From assembly GCA_021799475.1 (NCBI GenBank), contig JAJZAJ010000002.1, forward strand, positions 82,855 to 146,854: a stretch of DNA of 64,000 bases. The letters are read 5' to 3'. The DNA is from Candidatus Micrarchaeota archaeon. GTDB lineage: Archaea; Micrarchaeota; Micrarchaeia; Micrarchaeales; Micrarchaeaceae. Positions 9,358-16,220 of this stretch are shown here, one piece after another; the first letter of the stretch is position 1; each line of letters starts with the position of its first letter. The notes below the pieces were generated by a model. The model did not search any database, was not told the origin of the DNA, and saw only the letters and a program-made list of their open reading frames with translations. A program made the translations under genes and the position numbers.

Positions 9358-10122
9358 ATGGAAATGAATATGACACAACAACGCGCATTACCTAAACTTA
9401 GCCAAAATCCAATGCATTATCTTAGAGCGTACTGGTACATGGGCAATGCTATAAGAGAAGTTAAAGGCGCGACTGGCTTTAGGCCTGATGGCGTGCCAGA
9501 GCCTGTAATATACACAAAATACGGAAATAGGACGATAGCCCAACTTTATGATAAAAAAATGATAGTATGGGATCCAAAAGTCTCTCTGAGATCTGATGGG
9601 GACGTCATACCTCACGAAGTATTTCATTATGCCCAAGAGAGATATAGAGCAAGAAGCGGAGATCCTGAATCAGAGTTAAGATTTGTACTCTCGCAGGGCA
9701 CCAAAGCAGGTGTTATGAGAGCGGCGGCGTTATGGAACGGTGCGAATGAAGCCGGCGCATATGTTTTTGGATACAGATCAATGTACAAGAGGCAGTATAG
9801 TAGTTCAGAATTAACAAAAAAGATACTACGAAAGCTTATCGAATGGAATGGAGGTCAGGACATAGACGAGATAAAAACAGAAGTTTTAGACCTGATCTTT
9901 ATGAGAACCGAGCTAAAAAGTTATGAAGACCAAGAAGTGATGAGCAGGCTTTCTACACCCGTAATTGCCGCAATAATTCTCGAGCAGAACCACTTTGACG
10001 TCATAAAGACAGTGAATGATCTTTTGCAATCCCCAGATAAGACAATAGAGAGGATAAAAACACTCGGTTATGATGGAGCTCTTGCAAGCTTGGAAAATGC
10101 AAGAAACTTTATTATAAACTAA
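9358..10122 (+). CDS. hypothetical protein with HExxH zinc-metallopeptidase-like motif
   Basis: 254 aa. DGDVIPHEVFHYAQERY contains HEVFH (HExxH). No other family features recognised. Confidence 0.5.
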   Translation: MEMNMTQQRALPKLSQNPMHYLRAYWYMGNAIREVKGATGFRPDGVPEPVIYTKYGNRTIAQLYDKKMIVWDPKVSLRSDGDVIPHEVFHYAQERYRARSGDPESELRFVLSQGTKAGVMRAAALWNGANEAGAYVFGYRSMYKRQYSSSELTKKILRKLIEWNGGQDIDEIKTEVLDLIFMRTELKSYEDQEVMSRLSTPVIAAIILEQNHFDVIKTVNDLLQSPDKTIERIKTLGYDGALASLENARNFIIN

Positions 10123-10298
10123 GAGCTGCATAGAACTCTTAAATAATATTAGTTCTTTAAATCGTCTTTAAAATGTGAACACTTCTTATGTTACCGCAAA
10201 GCCGGGCGAAGTGTTGCAAATGGGAAAGCTCCACTCAGATTTCGCAAACTTAAATTAGAAGATGATGGCAGTGCGTTTCTATATCCTATGAACAAAAG

Positions 10299-10493
10299 AT
10301 GATATTGACGGAATCAGAGAGACTTTCTGAGCTCTGCAAAGAGGATAGATCCCTTTTAACATACGGAGTAGGCTTAAATCTAGCAGGACTTGGTTTAATA
10401 TATACTATGTACGCGTATACCAAATATAAACTGAATCCATTATTTGAGAGAATCAAAACTTGGAAAACTGCCTTGATGGTCTACGCTCGATAG
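10299..10493 (+). CDS. small hypothetical membrane protein
   Basis: 64 aa with one hydrophobic segment (GVGLNLAGLGLIYTMYAY). Weak evidence for coding. Confidence 0.3.
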   Translation: MILTESERLSELCKEDRSLLTYGVGLNLAGLGLIYTMYAYTKYKLNPLFERIKTWKTALMVYAR

Positions 10494-10558
10494 ATGTAAA
10501 AGTGGGCAATCTGAGAACCTTGGCAGGAAAAGGCACTGACGGGAGAAAGGTTATGATG

Positions 10559-10597
10559 AGGTTTCCACAAATCGAGGGAAGGATGCTGCAAAATTAC
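10559..10597 (+). repeat. 39-nt dispersed direct repeat, copy 2
   Basis: AGGTTTCCACAAATCGAGGGAAGGATGCTGCAAAATTAC. Lies about 75-115 nt upstream of the 10674 start. Confidence 0.8.
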
Positions 10598-10632
10598 TAA
10601 CTCCTATCAATATTTTGTAAATATTCATAGAG

Positions 10633-10642
10633 TTTAAATATT
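10633..10642 (+). promoter_or_regulatory. TATA box (TTTAAATATT) for the gene at 10674
   Basis: GAGTTTAAATATTAGAAAT matches the 5026 promoter (GAGTTTAAATATTAGGAAT) except for one mismatch. Confidence 0.5.
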
Positions 10643-10673
10643 AGAAATAGCGCGTATTTGCCATAGTGATAAA

Positions 10674-11315
10674 ATGATTAAAACTACAAAGAAACCTGAA
10701 GTAAAGGCAGACAGCTCTAATATAGTATCAAAACTTGAGACAAGGTTTAACATGATTGTTAATGATGGTGCACCGCTAGGTGAATGTGCTGTGCTTGCCG
10801 AAACACTGGCATGTGAGTATGCCAAAGAAGCGGAAAGGACAGCACGCTCCAATGAAACTGTCGAAGCAAAAAATCTTATTAACAAAAGCGCGGACTACTG
10901 GATACTTGCCTCGCAGTTTAGTTTAAGCTGCGGTAAAAAACTTTCAGACAAGGTTATAACTAGTGGAGCAGGTTACATCCTTTTTCTATCAAATCAGGGC
11001 TATAGAATAGATTGCTCTGAAGACAGACAATATGTTCTTGATGCGATTAGACTTCTGTACTGCGCTCAAATGTGCAACACCAAAAAAGACTTTGCAAATA
11101 TGAACACTTATCTGTATGAGGCAAGTTCAAAATACATGCTGGCTTCCGCATGCCTAGAAAAAACAGATCATAAAAAGGCAGAGGACTATATCTGTTATGC
11201 AGATGAACTATTATTGGTTGTAAAAAAGGGGAAATTCAGCCTTCCGTGGGATAAAGTCACAATAGACCAGAATTCACTTAATCAGTTAAGCCGGTTGGAA
11301 CATGATATACTTTAA
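10674..11315 (+). CDS. hypothetical protein (213 aa, probably all-helical)
   Basis: ORF behind the repeat + TATA module. Composition is helical and repeat-like. No motif recognised. Confidence 0.5.
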   Translation: MIKTTKKPEVKADSSNIVSKLETRFNMIVNDGAPLGECAVLAETLACEYAKEAERTARSNETVEAKNLINKSADYWILASQFSLSCGKKLSDKVITSGAGYILFLSNQGYRIDCSEDRQYVLDAIRLLYCAQMCNTKKDFANMNTYLYEASSKYMLASACLEKTDHKKAEDYICYADELLLVVKKGKFSLPWDKVTIDQNSLNQLSRLEHDIL

Positions 11316-11342
11316 GCCCAGATAGCTCTCTTCAACAAATAT

Positions 11343-11355
11343 TTAGAATTTCTAA
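11343..11355. promoter_or_regulatory. perfect palindrome TTAGAA-T-TTCTAA (candidate operator)
   Basis: One of four related sites within 2 kb (11343, 11484, 12993, 13294). Confidence 0.4.
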
Positions 11356-11483
11356 CATCCTTCTAGCTAAAACTAACCTCGCTTGGGAACTCTTTCGCTT
11401 CCCTAAGCATATCCTGTAGAAAATAATCAAGAAGTTGTAAAGACCATATTAGCCATCGGCAAACTCATAAAAGAGAATATTTC

Positions 11484-11496
11484 TTAGAAATTCTAA
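11484..11496. promoter_or_regulatory. perfect palindrome TTAGAA-A-TTCTAA (candidate operator)
   Basis: Second perfect copy, in the same 230-nt intergenic region. Confidence 0.4.
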
Positions 11497-11544
11497 TATT
11501 TTTCTAGTGAAATCAAATATTCGCTATATTTGCGTCTGTTAGTA

Positions 11545-11802
11545 TTATATATCGGCCCTATGTAAATAATTAAGAGCAAATACATCGTGCAGCAGAACGC
11601 AAATTAGAGCATGTTTTCTCCGTCGAAGACGTGTTAAAGTCGTGTTTCCGGGTATTCTAAAATATGCTTTCAAATTTATGGGTTTCGGTATTCTACATTC
11701 CAAAATATTGAGCCAAAATAATGCCTCACGAGTAAATCCATTTTCTTTTGATCTCTTTTTGCAATAATCCAGATAGGTTAACCGAAAAGGCGTGTTTTCC
11801 AT
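11545..11802 (-). CDS. hypothetical protein (85 aa), doubtful
   Basis: Short ORF in an otherwise non-coding 600-nt stretch. No motif. Could be a gene fragment. Confidence 0.25.
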   Translation of the reverse strand: MENTPFRLTYLDYCKKRSKENGFTREALFWLNILECRIPKPINLKAYFRIPGNTTLTRLRRRKHALICVLLHDVFALNYLHRADI

Positions 11803-11923
11803 TTTTGCGGAGTGGACGCCTTTTTCGGAATGTCTTTTTGTTCCGTTTGGATGGAATATGATTTTTTAAACATATAAAAAATCATTTTTCACTAAAATGG
11901 ATTTAACTGATTTTAAGCACATT

Positions 11924-12541
11924 TTATCCTGGCACTGCAGTTCTATACCTCACAGGCTGCGGTGCAGTATCTTCAATCATAGATATTGGTGCTGATTGGA
12001 GTTGTTCTCCTTGCTCAGGTTTTCTTAACAGTACAGTGTATTCTCTTTTTGGTTTAATCTTTGCAGGAGATAAGACAAGATAATTACCAGAGAAAAACCA
12101 ACCCCTAAGGTAATTTACGAACAGAAGCTCCCAGACCTGTCCATCACCATCTCTAGCGTGGTTTGATCCTTTAATTTTTATTCGTCTATGTACGTCAAGA
12201 TCATAAAGTCCGCCTCCGACTTGCCCAACGTCAATAATGGGTCTTCCCGCTGGCAATGCTATTAAATCTTTAGCGTTCCGTTCGGGCTCATATCCATAAT
12301 AGCCGTCCCCATAATTGGATGAATCTTGTTTTCCATCAGGGAATGGTATCTCACCTGGTCGTGGTACTAGTAAAAAGCGGTGTGCGTCTATATCAGCATG
12401 TAACAACGCCTTGCTATTAAGCGTGTCAAAAAGCCCAGCCAATTCTGCACCGGCCTTTCTTGCTATATCACGCACATCAAAAGGCGCCACTGCTCTAACT
12501 GCTAATACTGCTTCTTTTGCTGTAGTTGTTGGACTTGGCAT
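11924..12541 (-). CDS. hypothetical protein (205 aa)
   Basis: Clean ORF. Its promoter region carries the 25-nt tandem duplication. No motif recognised. Confidence 0.55.
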   Translation of the reverse strand: MPSPTTTAKEAVLAVRAVAPFDVRDIARKAGAELAGLFDTLNSKALLHADIDAHRFLLVPRPGEIPFPDGKQDSSNYGDGYYGYEPERNAKDLIALPAGRPIIDVGQVGGGLYDLDVHRRIKIKGSNHARDGDGQVWELLFVNYLRGWFFSGNYLVLSPAKIKPKREYTVLLRKPEQGEQLQSAPISMIEDTAPQPVRYRTAVPG

Positions 12542-12551
12542 AGTATCGAAA

Positions 12552-12610
12552 CTTATCTATTTTTCATAATATTTATAGCTTATCTTTTCATAATATTTAT
12601 AGCTTATCTA
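12552..12610. repeat. tandem direct repeat, about 2.3 copies of a 24-27-nt unit (CTTATCT(A)TTTTCATAATATTTATAG)
   Basis: Read directly from the sequence. It lies immediately upstream of the minus-strand start at 12541 and duplicates a TATA-like ATATTTATAG element. Confidence 0.85.
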
Positions 12611-12640
12611 AACCAAGACTTTAATAGAAATGCTATAACG

Positions 12641-12973
12641 TTATTTTTTTAACCGTGCGAAGCTATATACCAAAGCTTTTTTATTCATACCCCAATGCCT
12701 TCTGTATTGATGGAATTTCATCCAGACTTGTTTGAATTCTTCAGGAGACTTAAATCCCTCCCGCTTGTATTGAGTAAGGAACGCCTTTTTGAGAGTCATT
12801 CTCTTAATGCTCGTAATCTTGAATCTCACACCAAGAACATCAAACGTATCGCCTTTATCTCCGTACCAATGTATTTGTGTGGTCGATTTCTTTTTACCCG
12901 AGAGCACTGCTTTCTTTAGTTTTAGGCCCTCTTTAGGATTACCAATACTAAACGATAACTTAGATTTTCCCAT
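12641..12973 (-). CDS. ASCH-domain-like small protein
   Basis: 110 aa. The pattern ...GKKKSTTQIHWYGDKGDTF...ITSIKRMTLKKAF...REGFKSPEEFKQVW...VYSFARL resembles the ASCH/PUA-like fold signature (EGF-S-EEF near the C-terminus). Confidence 0.45.
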   Translation of the reverse strand: MGKSKLSFSIGNPKEGLKLKKAVLSGKKKSTTQIHWYGDKGDTFDVLGVRFKITSIKRMTLKKAFLTQYKREGFKSPEEFKQVWMKFHQYRRHWGMNKKALVYSFARLKK

Positions 12974-12992
12974 CTACTCATCCAACACTTTC

Positions 12993-13005
12993 CCAGAAAT
13001 TCTAA
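12993..13005. promoter_or_regulatory. half-degenerate copy of the TTAGAA-N-TTCTAA palindrome (CCAGAAATTCTAA)
   Basis: Sits 20-32 nt upstream of the minus-strand ATG at 12973. Confidence 0.35.
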
Positions 13006-13020
13006 GACTTTAATGAATAA

Positions 13021-13281
13021 TCATCGAAAAGCACCAGACATTCCTTTCTCATGACACTCAGAGTGAATTTTATTCGCCCTTATTGCCTGTATTTCGCCGT
13101 GGGCTGTCGGATCATTATTTGGAAACACACTGCTATATTCACAAGCGAGCACTTTGTTGTTTTTTACTATGCAAGCCGCAAAAGGTATTTTGCCTCCCCT
13201 CCCTTTGTCGATCGCGAGTCGCATGAACTTTCTGTGGTCCATAAAAAGAAATAGAAGCGATTCTATAAAAATGTTACCCAA
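13021..13281 (-). pseudogene. truncated CDA/TadA-family deaminase (N-terminal fragment only)
   Basis: MDHRKFMRLAIDKGR...PFAACIVKNNKVLA...DPTAHGEIQAIR matches the first zinc-ligand region (H-[AG]-E). The ORF stops before the obligatory PCxxC motif, and only about 47 nt remain before the next gene. Confidence 0.6.
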
Positions 13282-13293
13282 ACTAACATTTTC

Positions 13294-13306
13294 ATGGAAA
13301 TTCTAA
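13294..13306. promoter_or_regulatory. degenerate copy of the palindrome (ATGGAAATTCTAA)
   Basis: Located upstream of the deaminase fragment on the minus strand. Confidence 0.3.
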
Positions 13307-13427
13307 CTTAATTTTATATCAACATCGCTGAGGATATATGCTTTGCAGCCAAATGTAAATCCTTCTCTTAATGTCTTTCCAGCCTTCCAAATCAAGTCAG
13401 TATCCAGATATTAGAAAAGTGCAGTAG

Positions 13428-13946
13428 TTATGCCAGCTGCAGGGGAGTGAATGGAAACACCTCCTGTATGCGCCTTAGCGCCCCCAATTCTATTGCTATC
13501 TCGCGCCTTGATCGCCCGTTTATGCATTCTCTGAGCAGCCTTTCGGCTACATCGATTTTCTGCTGTACTGCCCTGGCGAACACCTGCTCCGGCGGTTTTT
13601 CAATATCAAGCATGCTCTTATCCTCGTCTATGCCGCCCCAGTCTGCAAGCCTGCCATTGTCGAGACGTCCACTGCCTCTAAGCATTCTTGCAAAAAAGGT
13701 AGAATTGAAGCGCGCAAGTTGTATTCCTGTTCCGCCTTTCATTCCCGGATGGGTGCACTTCTGCTCGAACACCACCAATATTATCCTGCCCATATTCTTC
13801 TCATCCACGGTAAAGGTAAACCTTACCTGCTCATCTAGCCCATCTAGCGAAGCCTCACCTCTGAGAGTATAAGTTTTTGGTGTGCTTCCAAAATCATAAG
13901 ATGTCCTCTCAAGCACCATTTTCCTCGATGTGACCCACGGAACCAT
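13428..13946 (-). CDS. hypothetical protein (172 aa) in the G+C-rich patch
   Basis: Clean ORF directly downstream of the AbiE pair, on the same strand and with the same elevated G+C. No motif recognised. Confidence 0.55.
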   Translation of the reverse strand: MVPWVTSRKMVLERTSYDFGSTPKTYTLRGEASLDGLDEQVRFTFTVDEKNMGRIILVVFEQKCTHPGMKGGTGIQLARFNSTFFARMLRGSGRLDNGRLADWGGIDEDKSMLDIEKPPEQVFARAVQQKIDVAERLLRECINGRSRREIAIELGALRRIQEVFPFTPLQLA

Positions 13947-14109
13947 TTAACCACAGGATAAGCTCAATATTGTCAGATATTTATACCTTTTCCAAGCCCA
14001 GGCTTTGTATAAAAACTCAATCTCGTATAAGAAGTCGTTTCTTCTGCTTTGATCCCTGAAGCCCCAATGCCACTCCCCGGGCCTGGGCTTTGGTCCTGCA
14101 TAACAGCAA

Positions 14110-14736
14110 TCAGTACGGGCTCTCCAGCTTCCCTGCGTCTGCCGCTCTCTTGTACTTCCGCACGAAGTTTTCCACAGCCACTCTCGTGTGCCCGTCATAG
14201 GCCTTGAGATAGGAGGCAAGCTTCCTCCTGTCCACCGCCTTCAGTAGCCCGCTGTAGTCCTGTATCGGCAGCCTTATCTTATAGAAAAAGAGGTCTATCA
14301 GCGTCTTCTCCGGATCGGAAACCGGGACCTTCATTCCCCCAACAACCAGAATGTCAAAGCCAAAGAAGCGTTTCGGGGTCAGGTGGTGCAGTTTCACACC
14401 CACCTTCCCGCCAAAAATTAATATGCCAGATTTCCTTATCTTTTTCAGCGTTATTATCTCCGGCCTAGAGTTCTGTGTCCAAAGCTCCCTAAGCGTCAGC
14501 GCATAGAGCGTCCCGTAATAGAACGGTTGGAATGCGAATCCGGAAACGCGCTCATCCACTGTTGCCGAATAGACTCCCCTAACCACTTGATGTATCCGCC
14601 CTGCGCGCTTCATGTGCGAAAGCAGCCTCGCAACGTTCGCCGCTTTGGCTTTCCTCCCTAGGAAGAGCCTTACGTCCCTGTTCGTGAACACTGGATAGCC
14701 AGAAAATTTCTCCATTATACTGGACGTTGTGGTCAT
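14110..14736 (-). CDS. AbiEi-family (type IV TA) antitoxin / transcriptional regulator
   Basis: FSGYPVFTNRDVRLFLG...ANVARLLSHMKRAGRIHQVVRGVYS is the typical AbiEi N-terminal winged-helix HTH, followed by a C-terminal domain. The ATG at 14736 overlaps the AbiEii stop (ATGA). Confidence 0.75.
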   Translation of the reverse strand: MTTTSSIMEKFSGYPVFTNRDVRLFLGRKAKAANVARLLSHMKRAGRIHQVVRGVYSATVDERVSGFAFQPFYYGTLYALTLRELWTQNSRPEIITLKKIRKSGILIFGGKVGVKLHHLTPKRFFGFDILVVGGMKVPVSDPEKTLIDLFFYKIRLPIQDYSGLLKAVDRRKLASYLKAYDGHTRVAVENFVRKYKRAADAGKLESPY

Positions 14737-15407
14737 GCAAGCCACTCCCTTATCGATTTCAGCATCAGCTCAAGGCTAGGCGGAACACCCGATATTATGA
14801 GGCTGCCGAGGCTCCTCATATCAGGAGGCGGGCTCTTCTGGATCCTGTCTACAAGCCTTTCTAGCCTTTTCTCTAACGCGAGGTCTGGTTTTCGCTCGAT
14901 TATGCCGGTCAGATGGTATATATCATAGAGGTCCTGCACCTCGGGCTGCTTCACCTTACTAGCATTGTCCATCTTGTCCTCATACGCGGTTATCTTTTCC
15001 TCAAGCAGTTCCAGCGGCTTCAGCGCCATCACTATCATCTTGCTTCCGTCCACGCGGGTATATTCCGCCTGTGTGCCCCGCTTGTACCTGTAATTGATGT
15101 CTATCTTCATCTTCTTGTTTGATTCCACAAGGATTTGCGATGTGTCTGTTTCCCTCCTATAGCTGCTGCTCTTCGTAGTGAATCCACTGTCCTTCAGGAA
15201 CTTTATAAAATTTTTGTGTGCAATCTCCCTGTCGCTCCCAGCATCGAAGTAGAGATCGACGTCCCTGGAGAACCTGTTGCCGCCATAACACCGCCATATT
15301 GCCGTGCCTCCATGGAAAGTCATATTTGGATATGCGCTGTAAAGTAGTTCGACAAGAACATCTTCCAGCCTGGCTTTGTCCCTTTTATCGGGGTCTTGTA
15401 TCTCCAT
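14733..15407 (-). CDS. AbiEii/AbiGii-family nucleotidyltransferase toxin
   Basis: 224 aa. FHGGTAIWRCYGGNRFSRDVDLYF is the canonical GGTA...R-x-S-x-D-h-D NTase motif of AbiEii. Confidence 0.85.
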   Translation of the reverse strand: MEIQDPDKRDKARLEDVLVELLYSAYPNMTFHGGTAIWRCYGGNRFSRDVDLYFDAGSDREIAHKNFIKFLKDSGFTTKSSSYRRETDTSQILVESNKKMKIDINYRYKRGTQAEYTRVDGSKMIVMALKPLELLEEKITAYEDKMDNASKVKQPEVQDLYDIYHLTGIIERKPDLALEKRLERLVDRIQKSPPPDMRSLGSLIISGVPPSLELMLKSIREWLA

Positions 15408-15423
15408 TTCACCACTTTTTAAA

Positions 15424-15461
15424 ACTACACTTAATTACATATTATTGTAATTATATGTAGT
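15424..15461. promoter_or_regulatory. imperfect inverted repeat ACTACACTTAATTACA-N6-TGTAATTATATGTAGT upstream of abiEii
   Basis: 16-nt arms with 2 mismatches, 17-54 nt upstream of the AbiEii ATG (15407). AbiEi proteins are known to autoregulate through promoter inverted repeats. Confidence 0.4.
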
Positions 15462-15561
15462 TCAATAAATATATATACTTTTACTTTTTGTTACGTTTTA
15501 TTGTAGTGATCCATATTTGTATAAACGACTTAGATGCGAACTCCCAACCTTAAAAACTTGC

Positions 15562-15860
15562 TTATCCTTTGAAATGCTCCCTGTGGAGTTCCGCGATGCA
15601 CCTGTCCATTATTATATTCTTCATCTGCAACTTTCTCTTCAGCACCATCCCTTCTAAAGATGTGTACCTGCTTAACGCCACGTACAGTTGTCCGTGAGCG
15701 AACGTTCCATCTCCGATGTCTATGGCTACATGGTCAAACGTCTTCCCTGGTTTTTGTGTATGGTGACAGCCTCTGCCGCATCAATGGATATTGAGTAAAG
15801 CTGCCGTTTTTGCGGATACTTACTTTTTGTTGGCATTATCGTAAGAGAGCTTGGATTTCC
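15562..15860 (-). pseudogene. frameshifted C-terminal remnant of a Pif1/RecD-like SF1 helicase
   Basis: Minus-strand translation gives ...AEAVTIHKNQG in one frame and KTFDHVAIDIGDGTFAHGQLYVALSRYTSLEGMVL in another. These are helicase motifs V/VI (TIHKSQG, GQ-YVALSR). No N-terminal ATPase part is present. Confidence 0.55.
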
Positions 15861-15968
15861 CCATGTGCTGTTGAATCGTTATTTAGAAATACGCTACTAT
15901 ACTCACAAGCAAGCATAACTGGCAGTCTATTTAAACTTTTAGTGGCCCAAGATAATGGGAATGGCGTT

Positions 15969-16220
15969 ATGATACTCGGTTTTACAGAAATAGATCTTGA
16001 CAGAATTGCTGCAGAATGGATGGATTATGTGATAAGAAAAGGCTATTGTGTACCTGAAGACAAAGAAAGGGCAGAAGAGAACGGTTGTATAGACGAAGTG
16101 GATACTGCGAAAGTAAGTGATTTGGCGAAGAAAAGGAGAGTTCAGCAGCCCGGAATTATGGGCGCAGGTAGAAGCAAGGCCGTAGCACTACTGACACCTC
16201 TCGGTGTCGCAAAGGGATGA
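15969..16220 (+). CDS. hypothetical small protein (83 aa)
   Basis: The ATG at 15969 lies about 30 nt after TATA-like CTATTTAAACTTTTA. Its stop overlaps the next gene start (ATGA). The upstream part of the 15810 ORF overlaps the helicase remnant and is probably not coding. Confidence 0.35.
   Translation: MILGFTEIDLDRIAAEWMDYVIRKGYCVPEDKERAEENGCIDEVDTAKVSDLAKKRRVQQPGIMGAGRSKAVALLTPLGVAKG

Noticed and set aside
9254-10597. The 39-nt GTTTC...repeat pair as a CRISPR array
   Set aside because: There are only two copies, about 1.3 kb apart, with complete genes between them. I saw no short unique spacers, no leader and no cas genes in the window. It is reported as a dispersed repeat instead.
11862-11885. 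Imperfect inverted repeat GATTTTTTAAACATATAAAAAATC as a mobile-element terminus
   Set aside because: It is a single copy with no partner repeat and no transposase nearby. The low-complexity A/T runs could arise by chance.
13947-14219. 90-aa minus-strand ORF between the 172-aa gene and abiEi
   Set aside because: It overlaps the 3' end of the AbiEi gene in another frame. Its Trp/Arg/Gly-rich composition is typical of an off-frame G+C-rich sequence.
15810-15968. N-terminal extension of the 136-aa ORF
   Set aside because: This part overlaps the Pif1-like helicase remnant on the opposite strand and precedes the TATA-like element. Only the distal part, from the ATG at 15969, is kept, at low confidence.
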